From an uncultured Candidatus Saccharibacteria bacterium (lineage in GTDB: Bacteria; Patescibacteriota; Saccharimonadia; CAILAD01; JADZBC01): a stretch of DNA of 64,000 bases. The position numbers were made by a program, and so were the translations under genes. Shown here in pieces: positions 1 through 9,301 of this stretch. The stretch covers positions 235,534 to 299,533 of the forward strand of contig CAZRJR010000001.1 of NCBI GenBank assembly GCA_964600985.1, read 5' to 3'. The first letter of the stretch is position 1. The number at the start of each line of letters is the position of its first letter. The notes beneath the pieces were generated by a model. That model ran no database searches, was not told the DNA's origin, and saw only the letters and a program-made list of their open reading frames with translations.

Positions 1-488
1 CTGCCGCCATATACTAAACCAAAGAGCATGGGCCCCACAAAGTGGCAAGCCGAATTCAGGGAGTCGAGGAACGGGATCTCTTTAAACCGTAAACCTTTTA
101 TACTATAGCTTATACATAAGAACACGACGAATGCTAGAGCTATGCGGCTGGCCGTGGAACCATTAAACACAAAGTACGTGAGGAAAGGCAGGTTGAGTCC
201 GATGATCGCGTACCAGAGGGTTCTTCGCTCACTCGGTGCAACTATGCCGCCCTCGATTGAATCCTTGCGAGGATTCTTAATATCAGACTCGTAATCATAA
301 ATGTCATTAATTCCATATATAGCCAAGTTATACGGCAAGAGGAAGTAGCCAACTCCCACCCAAAAACCAATATCAAGCTTGCCGGTGGCGAGCAGATAGC
401 CAGCTACAAAGGGCGCGGTGGTATTGATCCAGCTAAATGGCCTCGATACCTTGAGAATTTGCTTGGTAGTAGTTAGGAAATTCTTCAT
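1..488 (-). CDS. crtEb: UbiA-family prenyltransferase, lycopene elongase CrtEb-like (runs off the window's left edge)
   Basis: Not in ORF track. Manual translation from ATG at 488: MKNFLTTTKQILKVSRPFSWINT...YNLAIYGINDIYDYESDIKNPRKDSIEGG...RFKEIPFLDSLNSACHF. SRP.SW.NT, NDxxDxESD and RFKE.PFLD are CrtEb motifs. ATGA overlap with the upstream gene. Confidence 0.85.
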   Translation of the reverse strand, partial: MKNFLTTTKQILKVSRPFSWINTTAPFVAGYLLATGKLDIGFWVGVGYFLLPYNLAIYGINDIYDYESDIKNPRKDSIEGGIVAPSERRTLWYAIIGLNLPFLTYFVFNGSTASRIALAFVVFLCISYSIKGLRFKEIPFLDSLNSACHFVGPMLFGLVYGG

Positions 489-787
489 GATTTTGATTGC
501 TCCTTGGTGCGGAGTCGAGCATAAAGTGATGGCGTCAAAATAGTCGCGACCACTAAATAGCAGAAGTCTTCGACCGGCATAGTGCCGATGTGAATACCAA
601 GAATACGTTCACTATTGTAGCGCACAATCGGCAGAGCTGTAAGGTAGGTATTAAAAACCAGCATGCATGCGCCCAGTATACCAAAGGTAATTATCAAGGC
701 TTTTAAGTTGAGTTTTGGTTTCAGCAAATATACTAGTACCGCACTCGTGGCCATAAATACCAGATTGATAGAAGTGTAGGTGAGCAT
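485..787 (-). CDS. Lycopene cyclase domain protein (CrtYf/Yh-like subunit)
   Basis: Small membrane protein with LGIHIGTMPVEDFCY (PxE[D/E]) motif; carotenoid context. Confidence 0.85.
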   Translation of the reverse strand: MLTYTSINLVFMATSAVLVYLLKPKLNLKALIITFGILGACMLVFNTYLTALPIVRYNSERILGIHIGTMPVEDFCYLVVATILTPSLYARLRTKEQSKS

Positions 788-1119
788 TACGCTGGTTCTC
801 CGAGAAATTTCACTACCACTCTATAGCAAATGAGGGATACATAACTGAGCATGGTGAGGAACAGAAACTCTTCAATTGGCAAGTCGGGGGTGGCAATCCA
901 CCAGCCAATTACGTAGCTTTGGTTGGTAAAAAACACGCGGAATAATATGCCGGCGATATCCCAGCAAATAAACAGTCCGATAGTGGCGAGAATGGTGTAT
1001 ATTGCCGCTCGTGGCTGGTCGAAGATCACTAGCTTATAGTGATAGTCGGCTAAGCTAAGGCCAAATAGGCTTACAAGCAAGATGACCAAGTATGAGTAGT
1101 GGGTGGTGAGTAAATACAT
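787..1119 (-). CDS. Lycopene cyclase domain protein (CrtYe/Yg-like subunit)
   Basis: FICWDIAGI and PDLPIEEFLFL motifs typical of heterodimeric C50 cyclases. Confidence 0.85.
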   Translation of the reverse strand: MYLLTTHYSYLVILLVSLFGLSLADYHYKLVIFDQPRAAIYTILATIGLFICWDIAGILFRVFFTNQSYVIGWWIATPDLPIEEFLFLTMLSYVSLICYRVVVKFLGEPA

Positions 1120-1173
1120 CCTGATCTCAGTATACTACCCAGCGCTCATTTTGTTGTGTTAAGATATTGCTTA

Positions 1174-2664
1174 ATGGCAAGGCAGAAAACAGCAGTAGTA
1201 ATTGGCGCGGGCATTGGTGGCTTGTGCGCCGCTGCACGCCTGCAAAAAGACGGCTACCAGGTGACTGTGGTCGAAAAGGAACCAATCATTGGTGGTCGGG
1301 CCCATGTAATTAAGCAAGACGGTTATACCTTTGATACTGGTCCAACCATCCTCATGATGACCGATGTGTTGTATGAAACTTTTCGCTATTGTGGCAAGGA
1401 TTTTGATGACTATATTTCGCTTTCACAACTCGAGCCTAATTACCAAGTGCGCTGGGCTGATGGCAGTGGCGTGGAGGTTTCGAGTAACCTGCCGCGATTT
1501 GCAGCGTCCTTGAGCCAGATAGACCCCAAGGCTCCAGAGCAGTTTTATAAGTTCTTTGCTGAAATGGCCAAGATGTATCGCGTGGGGCGCAATAAGTTTA
1601 TCGACAAGAACTTTGATAAGGTGACGGACTTTATTGATGTAAGGGCTGGGTTGGAGTTGGCTCGCAGTGGTGGTTTGCGCAAGCTCTACAGCTATGTGTC
1701 GAGCTTTTTTGACGACCCTCGCTTGCGTATGCTGTTTAGCTTCCAGGCTATGTATTTGGGCGTATCGCCCTACGAGGCTCCAGCGGTATACGGCATGGTG
1801 AGCTATATGGAGACTGGCTTAGGTATATGGTATCCGCAGGGCGGCATGCACAAACTGCCCGAAGCTTTGGGTAAGTTGGTCGAAGACTTAGGTGGCAGCA
1901 TTCGTACTTCGACGGCGGCGGCACGGGTTATGATTGAAGGCAAGACTGCCCGAGGTGTGGTATTGGAAAACGGTGAAGAATTACGCGCCGATGCGGTGGT
2001 ATGTAACGCTGACTTACCCTACGCTTACAAGCAGCTTGTGCCAGAGCAGTATCGTCCGCATAGTAACGACTCCAAGCTAACTACGCTCAAGCAAGCCAGT
2101 TCTGCGCTATTGTTTTACTGGGGTGTCGATGACGACATGGCTGGCATGTTGCACCATAATGTTTATTTCTCTAAGAACTTTAAGCAAAATCTGGACCAGA
2201 TCTTCCACGAAAACAAATTGCCGACCGACCCGGCATTCTACATATATGTTCCTACTAAGACTGATCCTGGCCTAGCTCCGAAGGGCAAGAACGTAGTTTA
2301 TATTTTGGTACCGGTCCCTAACTTAGCTGCTAAGATTGATTGGGAAAAAGCAGTGCCAAAGATTAAAACACGCATACTTGAGCGGATGAAAGCCATTTAT
2401 GGCCTCGACATAGAACGTAAGATTGAGTCAGAGGCAATATTTACACCCCAAGATTTTCAGTCCAAATTCAACCTAACTGACGGTACAGCGTTTGGCCTGA
2501 GCCACCACTTCTTTCAATCGGGCTATTTCCGACCGTCCAATAAGGCCCGTGATATTGCCCGACTATACTTCGTGGGGGCAAGTACCTACCCTGGTAGTGG
2601 CGTGCCGATGGTTACCCTAAGTGGCAAATTGGTGGCCGAGCGCATTAGCCGGGAGCTCGTATGA
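1174..2664 (+). CDS. crtI: Phytoene desaturase
   Basis: VIGAGIGG FAD motif, GYTFDTGPT, C-terminal LYFVGASTYPGSGVP; ATG at 1174 preferred. Confidence 0.95.
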   Translation: MARQKTAVVIGAGIGGLCAAARLQKDGYQVTVVEKEPIIGGRAHVIKQDGYTFDTGPTILMMTDVLYETFRYCGKDFDDYISLSQLEPNYQVRWADGSGVEVSSNLPRFAASLSQIDPKAPEQFYKFFAEMAKMYRVGRNKFIDKNFDKVTDFIDVRAGLELARSGGLRKLYSYVSSFFDDPRLRMLFSFQAMYLGVSPYEAPAVYGMVSYMETGLGIWYPQGGMHKLPEALGKLVEDLGGSIRTSTAAARVMIEGKTARGVVLENGEELRADAVVCNADLPYAYKQLVPEQYRPHSNDSKLTTLKQASSALLFYWGVDDDMAGMLHHNVYFSKNFKQNLDQIFHENKLPTDPAFYIYVPTKTDPGLAPKGKNVVYILVPVPNLAAKIDWEKAVPKIKTRILERMKAIYGLDIERKIESEAIFTPQDFQSKFNLTDGTAFGLSHHFFQSGYFRPSNKARDIARLYFVGASTYPGSGVPMVTLSGKLVAERISRELV

Positions 2665-3743
2665 AGGACTACGAAGACTTCTTTAGCTTAAATGAGCGTG
2701 TAGCGCGAGAAGTCGATGTGTATATGGCGGAGTACTTGGCCCATAAAACCAGTCAAGCCGCAAACATTGACCCACGATTTAGGCGCCTTCTGGCAGAAAT
2801 AGAACGAGTAGTTCGGCTTGGCGGTAAGCGTCTGCGCCCAACCCTCGCTGTCGTAGGCTACAAGGCAGTCGGGGGCCAAAACGATGAGTTGGCTTTGCGC
2901 GCTGGGGTGGCGCTGGAGCTTTTGCATATATTTATGTGTATTCACGATGATATTATGGATCACGACACTCTTCGTCATGGCGGGCTCAATATAACGGGGC
3001 GCTACAACACGATACTGGACAACCTTGAGCCCATGCTGCGTCAGCACATAGCAGAATCAATGTCACTCCTCGCCGGCGATTTACTTTTGACGTTTACGTA
3101 TGAAGTAATTAGTGCACTCGATCTGCCAGCCGATACGCGCTTTACGCTCCTCGAACAGCTTACCAAGACCACATTTACTACCGTTGGTGGGCAGCTTCTG
3201 GATGTACTCTACCCGCTTGAGGGTGAAGTTAGTGTGGGGCGTTTACTCAAAATTCCGCATTATAAAACGGGCATATATACATTTGTAAGTCCCTTACTGT
3301 TTGGGGCGACCCTGGCTGGCAGTAAGCAGGCGCAGAGTATGGAGATCATGCAGGAGTATGGCGAAAACCTTGGCATTACCTTCCAGATAGTGGATGATAT
3401 ACTCGGGGTATTCGGTACTACTGAATCTACTGGTAAACCAATCGTGTCTGATATGCGAGAGAATAAACCGACGATTTTGCGTCATTATGCTTTTGAGCTG
3501 TCGAGCCCAGAAGAGCACGCGGTGCTTGAAGCTGCATTCGGTAATCCAATTGCCGGCTCAAAAGAACTGGATGCAGTGCGAAAGATTATGGTTTCAAATG
3601 GTGCTCGAGCTAAGACGTTTGCCCAAGCCGAACAATATGCTCATCAGGCCAAACAAGCGCTCCTTCCACTCAGTGAGGCTGCACCCGAGCAATATGGCCA
3701 GCTCGTACAGCTAGCGGACTTCTGCTTAACCCGGGATCACTAA
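2661..3743 (+). CDS. crtE: Polyprenyl (GGPP) synthase
   Basis: GGKRLRP, HDDIMD..LRHG, FQIVDD motifs. Confidence 0.9.
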   Translation: MKDYEDFFSLNERVAREVDVYMAEYLAHKTSQAANIDPRFRRLLAEIERVVRLGGKRLRPTLAVVGYKAVGGQNDELALRAGVALELLHIFMCIHDDIMDHDTLRHGGLNITGRYNTILDNLEPMLRQHIAESMSLLAGDLLLTFTYEVISALDLPADTRFTLLEQLTKTTFTTVGGQLLDVLYPLEGEVSVGRLLKIPHYKTGIYTFVSPLLFGATLAGSKQAQSMEIMQEYGENLGITFQIVDDILGVFGTTESTGKPIVSDMRENKPTILRHYAFELSSPEEHAVLEAAFGNPIAGSKELDAVRKIMVSNGARAKTFAQAEQYAHQAKQALLPLSEAAPEQYGQLVQLADFCLTRDH

Positions 3744-3744
3744 G

Positions 3745-4593
3745 GTGAAACCAACAGCAACGGAGCTTAAGGCAAGCTTTGCTTACTGCCGTAAGGTAAC
3801 ACGGCGTGCATCATCGACGTTTTACCTTGCTTCGCGTATGTTCGCGCCTGGGGTGCGCAATGATTTATGTGCTATCTACGCGTTTTGCCGCATTGCCGAC
3901 GATATAGCCGATGCGCCAGGGCTCAAGCAGCAAGATCGTAGGCAAGAACTTAGTTTGCTTACCCATACGCTTAAATCGGAACGCTATAGTGAGGGCGACG
4001 AACTGTGGCCGGCACTATTAGATACACTAGCGCGACATAAAGTACCCAAAACGTATTTCTATGAACTCCTGGAGGGCATGGAGCAAGACATAGCGCCTTT
4101 CGAGGTTAAGACGTATCGGGATCTGGAGAGGTACAGCTACTTAGTGGCTGGTACAGTCGGGGTTATGTGCGTGTATGTACTTGGTCAGCCGAGCCAAAAG
4201 GCACTCGCGGCCGCAAAGCAGCTTGGTATAGCTATGCAAATTACCAACATTCTGCGTGATGTCAGTGCTGATGCGGCAATAGGGCGCGTGTATTTGCCGA
4301 GTGATTTGTTAGCCCGCCACAACTTAAGTCGTAAGCAAGTATTACAAGCTCAAAACCAAGCCGCTCTCGCCCAGGTACTAAAGGAATTGGCGGCTCGAGC
4401 CGAGCAAAAGTATGACCTAGCCGCAGCTGGGCTGCCATACCTTACACCGGCTAATCGCCGACCAGTACAAATTGCCCTAAACTTATATCGGTCTATTCTT
4501 CGCCGCATAGAACAAAAGCACTATAACGTTTATAATACAAGAATACGCTTAAGCTTGGTTGCCAAGCTCATGGTAGTTGTACGAACACGCTAG
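3745..4593 (+). CDS. crtB: Phytoene synthase
   Basis: YAFCRIADDIAD, QITNILRDV..D..GRVYLP. Confidence 0.95.
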   Translation: MKPTATELKASFAYCRKVTRRASSTFYLASRMFAPGVRNDLCAIYAFCRIADDIADAPGLKQQDRRQELSLLTHTLKSERYSEGDELWPALLDTLARHKVPKTYFYELLEGMEQDIAPFEVKTYRDLERYSYLVAGTVGVMCVYVLGQPSQKALAAAKQLGIAMQITNILRDVSADAAIGRVYLPSDLLARHNLSRKQVLQAQNQAALAQVLKELAARAEQKYDLAAAGLPYLTPANRRPVQIALNLYRSILRRIEQKHYNVYNTRIRLSLVAKLMVVVRTR

Positions 4594-4607
4594 TAAGTAG
4601 GTAATAC

Positions 4608-5960
4608 ATGGAGCAATCACCACAGCGCAGACATGGCATTGATGGGCTAAGTCACCGGCCTGTTTCGCCGCGTCCACAGGCTTCACGACCACCACAGATG
4701 GCCACCGAAAAACTTGTGAGCACTTCCTCGCATCGGCCAAAAGCGGTGCCTCGCAAGTATGGCATAGCAGAGCTGCCGAGTAACTCTGGGTTTGCCTTTA
4801 ACGAAGGCGTGTCTCATCCTGGTCTGCCACAGCAGCACGCACCACTACGAACTAATCAAGCCTCGAGCTTTAAACGCTTGGTTATGTATCCATTTGCTCG
4901 ACCATTCGATAACCGTATAGCACGGTTTGGACTTATCGCCACGGTGCTTGATATACGCTTCTGGCTGGTTTTGAGCCTGCCATTACTTATTCTTCGCTTG
5001 CATGAACTCGCCAAACTTGCACCCATTCAGGTGGTGCATAAGCTCAATGCGCTCCTGGTTGCCCATAATTATGGTTGGGGGGCAGCCTTGCTTGGCGGGT
5101 TGTACTTAGCGGGAGTGCTTTCGGTGCTGATAGTCGCTGTTGCCCTGCAAGTGATCACAGCCATCAAGATCCGAGCTATTGATCACCGCGTTAGTCGCGC
5201 CCATATTCTTGTGCGTCATGCGATCTCGAATATACTCAAGACTACACTCAATTGGCTCATTGACTCTACCTTTGCTCTGAGCATGATTATCCTCGCTTGT
5301 GCGGGCATCTATGGTCTCAGTATATCAACTACTCCTTGGGTGGTTATATGGCGTGATTATTTGGTAGGACTGATTGGACTAGTAAGCTTTCTAGTGCTCG
5401 GTGTGCTCTATGTGCGTCGTAAATTACAGCGGGCTATGCTCGCTACCACCCAGCTACCAGTACGATCTATTCAGGGTCGGTCACTCATGCTTGTGGTGCG
5501 TAATCTGCCCGTAAGTGCACTAGCCCTACTGCTAGCCCTCTTGCAGTTGACGGGGGCTATGGTTATTACGGCTGGAATCGGTGGCATAATTGTACATTAC
5601 TTGCCACTTACTACTACTATCCCCGGGCGTTTATGTCTGTGGCTGCTGGCTGCTATTGGTATGGGCTTGGTATGGTTAGTTACGGTCGTGTGGCAGGCTA
5701 TGCACTGGGCTGGCTTCTACCACCTCGTAGTTTTGCGTGGTAGCAAAGACACCGTGTCGGACTACCTTGTTCCGACAATGCCTTTGAAGCTACGGGTGTG
5801 GCCGGCATTGGTCGCAGCCGGGCTCACCTTGCTGGTATTTTGTACTTACGCCGGTGCAGTAATTGGGCTTCGGCCGCAGGTACGAAGTGTGGTGCAGCGA
5901 GCGAAGCAAGTTATTCCGTCCGATGCTCGTAATATCGTGCCAGGCATTGGTCAGCATTAA
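4608..5960 (+). CDS. Hypothetical multi-pass membrane protein with low-complexity N-terminus
   Basis: 450-aa ORF with many hydrophobic segments; no family recognised. Confidence 0.65.
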   Translation: MEQSPQRRHGIDGLSHRPVSPRPQASRPPQMATEKLVSTSSHRPKAVPRKYGIAELPSNSGFAFNEGVSHPGLPQQHAPLRTNQASSFKRLVMYPFARPFDNRIARFGLIATVLDIRFWLVLSLPLLILRLHELAKLAPIQVVHKLNALLVAHNYGWGAALLGGLYLAGVLSVLIVAVALQVITAIKIRAIDHRVSRAHILVRHAISNILKTTLNWLIDSTFALSMIILACAGIYGLSISTTPWVVIWRDYLVGLIGLVSFLVLGVLYVRRKLQRAMLATTQLPVRSIQGRSLMLVVRNLPVSALALLLALLQLTGAMVITAGIGGIIVHYLPLTTTIPGRLCLWLLAAIGMGLVWLVTVVWQAMHWAGFYHLVVLRGSKDTVSDYLVPTMPLKLRVWPALVAAGLTLLVFCTYAGAVIGLRPQVRSVVQRAKQVIPSDARNIVPGIGQH

Positions 5961-6074
5961 CCTTGACGGATCCCTATCTGGTAGGGTATAATGCTAGCTA
6001 AGAAAGCCCCAGAGGCTTTTTTAGATTGACGAAATAATTGGTCAAACACTCACAACTAGGTATAATGGAGGGAT

Positions 6075-6266
6075 ATGAATAAGCTTATTACTTACATTTC
6101 GCTTTCCTATGCTGAGCTTCAGAAGGTAACCTGGCCCACTCGCAAGCAGGCCATCCAGCTTACCCTGATAGTAATTGCCTTCTCGGTAGTCCTGGCTGTC
6201 ATAGTTGGCGGGTTTGATACGATTATTCGCTCATTCTTGCAGCAAGTAATCTTAAAGGTGAAATAA
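6075..6266 (+). CDS. secE: Preprotein translocase subunit SecE
   Basis: ELQKVTWPTRK motif; upstream of nusG. Confidence 0.95.
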   Translation: MNKLITYISLSYAELQKVTWPTRKQAIQLTLIVIAFSVVLAVIVGGFDTIIRSFLQQVILKVK

Positions 6267-6806
6267 ATGAGCAAAGACAGCACCCCACAGGCTTGGTATG
6301 TAATCCATACCTACTCAGGCTACGAAGACCAGGTGGCCGACAACTTGCGCCAGCGCGTTGAGTCAATGGGCATGAGCGACAAAGTATTTAGCGTAATTGT
6401 ACCTAAAGAAAACCAGATCGAAATCAAAAACGGCAAGCGTCGTGTAGTAGAGCGCAAGATATTCCCCGGCTATATTCTAGTCGAAATGATCGTAACCGAA
6501 GACTCTTGGTATGTAGTGCGTAACACACCAAATGTAACGGGATTTGTTGGTACCGGCACCACACCATCACCGATTAGTGACGATGAAGTAAAGGCAATTC
6601 AGAAGCGTATGGGCGTGGAAGAGCCAAAGTACAAGGTTGACTTCTCGATTGGTCAGTTGGTAAACATAACCGATGGTCCGTTCAAGGGCTTTGATGGCGC
6701 AGTCAGTGAAATCGATGAAAGCAAAGGTAAGCTCAAAGTATTGGTTAACATGTTTGGTCGCGAGACTCCAGTGGAACTAGATAGCTTACAGGTAAAGAAA
6801 GTATAA
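6267..6806 (+). CDS. nusG: Transcription factor NusG
   Basis: WYVIHTYSGYE, FPGYILV, KOW domain, FGRETPVEL. Confidence 0.98.
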   Translation: MSKDSTPQAWYVIHTYSGYEDQVADNLRQRVESMGMSDKVFSVIVPKENQIEIKNGKRRVVERKIFPGYILVEMIVTEDSWYVVRNTPNVTGFVGTGTTPSPISDDEVKAIQKRMGVEEPKYKVDFSIGQLVNITDGPFKGFDGAVSEIDESKGKLKVLVNMFGRETPVELDSLQVKKV

Positions 6807-6818
6807 AGAGGCTACACT

Positions 6819-7250
6819 ATGGCAGAAGCAAAAAAAGTAAAAGCACGACTTAAAATGGTTATTCCTGGTGGGGGTGCTACACCGGCCCCTCCCGTAGGCT
6901 CGGCCCTCGGTCAGCATGGCGTGAATATGATGGACTTTATTAACGCATTTAATGATCAGACTAAGGATGTTAAAGGCCAGCCGGTACCAACGAAGATTAC
7001 CGTGTACGAAGACAAGAGCTTTACTTTTACTACTAAATCAACACCAGCTGCAACTCTGATTAAGCAAGCTGCTGGTTTGCAAAAAGGCTCCGGCGTACCA
7101 CACAAGGAAAAGGTAGGTACCTTGTCTCAGGCTCAGCTTGCGCAGATTGCTGAGGCTAAGCTACCTGACTTGAGCGCCAACGATATTGAGGCTGCCAAGA
7201 AGGTGATTGCTGGTACAGCCCGATCGATGGGTATTGAAGTAGAGAAGTAA
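6819..7250 (+). CDS. rplK: 50S ribosomal protein L11
   Basis: [23 protein letters not shown]. Confidence 0.98.
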   Translation: MAEAKKVKARLKMVIPGGGATPAPPVGSALGQHGVNMMDFINAFNDQTKDVKGQPVPTKITVYEDKSFTFTTKSTPAATLIKQAAGLQKGSGVPHKEKVGTLSQAQLAQIAEAKLPDLSANDIEAAKKVIAGTARSMGIEVEK

Positions 7251-7264
7251 CAACATATAACTAA

Positions 7265-7301
7265 GTGGGAGGCGCCTGCCGAGCAGACGCCGCTACAACC
7301 A
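7265..7301 (+). promoter_or_regulatory. Ribosomal protein L1-binding leader between rplK and rplA
   Basis: GTGGGAG-GCG...CGCC..ACAACCAC hairpin resembling the L1 autoregulatory site, just before the AAGGAG RBS. Confidence 0.65.
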
Positions 7302-7315
7302 CCAAGGAGAAAACT

Positions 7316-8272
7316 ATGACAACCAAACAGAAGAACGAAGTCCCAAAAAATGAAGACACAAAAGAGAAAGTAGAACAAGAAGTAGTCGAAGCCCCAGAAG
7401 CTACTATACAAGAATCACCGGTTACCGCTAAGCCTAAGGCAACTACCAAGGCTGGCAAACAATCAGCTAAGGCACAGCGCGAAGCCGAGGAGCTTGAGCG
7501 CAAAGAAGCTCGCAAGGAAGTTGCTGCACACCAAGAACCAGCCCCAAGGCCAAAAGCTAAACCACGAGTTAAAACCTACAGCAAGAAGCAAAAGGCTGCT
7601 CGCGAGCTTGTAGACAAAGCTAGGCTCTATACACTCCAGGAAGCCGTGGAGCTGGCGCCAAAACTTTCACAAACTAAGTTTGATGCCAGCGTGGAGCTTC
7701 ACATAGCCCTCGGTATTGATCCACGCCAAGCGGATCAGCAGTTTCGTACGGGCGTAGTACTGCCTGCAGGTACTGGTAAGTCAGTTCGTGTAGCTGTACT
7801 TGCGGAGCCAAAATTAGCCGAAGCTGCCAAGCAAGCTGGCGCTGACCTAAGCGACAGCGATCAAATCCTGGCCGATATCGAAAAAGGTAAGTTTGATTTT
7901 GATATTCTGGTAGCTACACCGGCTCAAATGGCAGTACTCGGACGCCATGCCAAGGCATTGGGTCCAAAAGGCCTCATGCCATCACCTAAGAGCGGTACCG
8001 TAAGTGCTGATCCAGCCAAGGCAGTTAGTGAGATCAAAAAAGGTCGCTTGGATCTTAAAAACGATGCCAACGGCATCATTCACGTAGCCTTTGGTAAGGT
8101 TAGCTTTAAGCCAGCTGATTTACTTGCGAACGCTCAGGCGGTAGTTACTACCGTGGTGCAGAATCGTCCTACGGGCGTGAAGGGTGTATACATTAAGTCA
8201 GCCTTTGTGGCTGCAAGCATGAGCCCCTCAATTAAGCTTGATACCAATAGCTTTACTACCGACAAAAAGTAA
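7316..8272 (+). CDS. rplA: 50S ribosomal protein L1 with long charged N-terminal extension
   Basis: KFDASVELH, LGPKGLMPSPKSGT; RBS AAGGAG before ATG 7316. Confidence 0.97.
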   Translation: MTTKQKNEVPKNEDTKEKVEQEVVEAPEATIQESPVTAKPKATTKAGKQSAKAQREAEELERKEARKEVAAHQEPAPRPKAKPRVKTYSKKQKAARELVDKARLYTLQEAVELAPKLSQTKFDASVELHIALGIDPRQADQQFRTGVVLPAGTGKSVRVAVLAEPKLAEAAKQAGADLSDSDQILADIEKGKFDFDILVATPAQMAVLGRHAKALGPKGLMPSPKSGTVSADPAKAVSEIKKGRLDLKNDANGIIHVAFGKVSFKPADLLANAQAVVTTVVQNRPTGVKGVYIKSAFVAASMSPSIKLDTNSFTTDKK

Positions 8273-8297
8273 ATTCCCAGCTAAGCCAACTTACTGC

Positions 8298-8333
8298 AAA
8301 AAGCGCCGTATACAATAATAAGCGGCGCTTTTT
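8298..8333 (+). terminator. Intrinsic terminator after rplA
   Basis: CAAAAAGCGCCG...CGGCGCTTTTTG inverted repeat. Confidence 0.8.
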
Positions 8334-8352
8334 GTAGGATTGTGCGTATATA

Positions 8353-9225
8353 GTGTCTTGCCAGGGTAGCCTACCGCCATATACAATGGTACAAAAGGGG
8401 GTGTGTGTGGGTGAGCAGACAAATGGTCGTGCACAAGCATGGTTTCGTGAGCAGGTAAATTCCAGTGACTTTGACCTTGCGGCAATCGAAATGTACCAAC
8501 GCAAAGTTGGCAGGCCATTTTCGGGTGTAATGGGAGATGGTGAGATCCAAGCTGCTTTGCGCTCGGGCCAGATAGTAATAGATCCGTTTGATCCGGATTT
8601 ACTCCAATCATCTAGTTATGACGTCCGTCTAGGTGGCTGGTTCTACTCGGCTGAACGACTTGGGCATAGAGTCGACTTCTCACCATATGCCGAAAGTGAA
8701 GTACGCGAATACTACTCTGGGCCGCACAAAGCCATTAGTCACAAGCAGTGGTGTAGTGACCACCAGCGCCAGCCGTTTAAAGGTATTGGTGAGGATGAGC
8801 TGGTAATTGTACTGGCGCCCGGAGAGTGTATTTTAGGCCACACGGTAGAATACATTGGTGCGGCATACGGCGCTACCACTATGATGAAAGCTCGCTCGAG
8901 CTTGGGTCGAATAAATATCTCTACCTGTGATGATGCTGGGTGGGGCGATGTTGGCTACATAAACCGTTGGACTATGGAGATCCGTAATAAGAACCAAGAT
9001 GTATGGGTGCCATTGGTGGTTGGTATGCCGATTGGGCAGCTGATATTCCTGTGGGTGGCCGGCTCAACTAAGGACTATAGCGACGGTGGTCACTACCAGT
9101 CGGGAGTAGATGTAAAATCACTCAAGCAATCGTGGAAGCCGGAATCTATGTTGCCGCGTATCTGGTCGCCCAAGAACACGGAGATTCGTTCGCGTTTGCT
9201 CAAAAACTCGAAGCAGGTTTTTTGA
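8353..9225 (+). CDS. dcd: dCTP deaminase (start uncertain, probably downstream of 8353)
   Basis: SSYDVRLG, ARSSLGR, AGWGDVGY..RWTMEI, IGQLIF motifs. Confidence 0.9.
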   Translation: MSCQGSLPPYTMVQKGVCVGEQTNGRAQAWFREQVNSSDFDLAAIEMYQRKVGRPFSGVMGDGEIQAALRSGQIVIDPFDPDLLQSSSYDVRLGGWFYSAERLGHRVDFSPYAESEVREYYSGPHKAISHKQWCSDHQRQPFKGIGEDELVIVLAPGECILGHTVEYIGAAYGATTMMKARSSLGRINISTCDDAGWGDVGYINRWTMEIRNKNQDVWVPLVVGMPIGQLIFLWVAGSTKDYSDGGHYQSGVDVKSLKQSWKPESMLPRIWSPKNTEIRSRLLKNSKQVF

Positions 9226-9301
9226 ACGCTAAGTAAGCTCCCCTCTGACAAAGAAGGGGGCTTTGAGGCGAAAGTCAAAGAACCTTGAAAGGAATTTGAT
9301 C

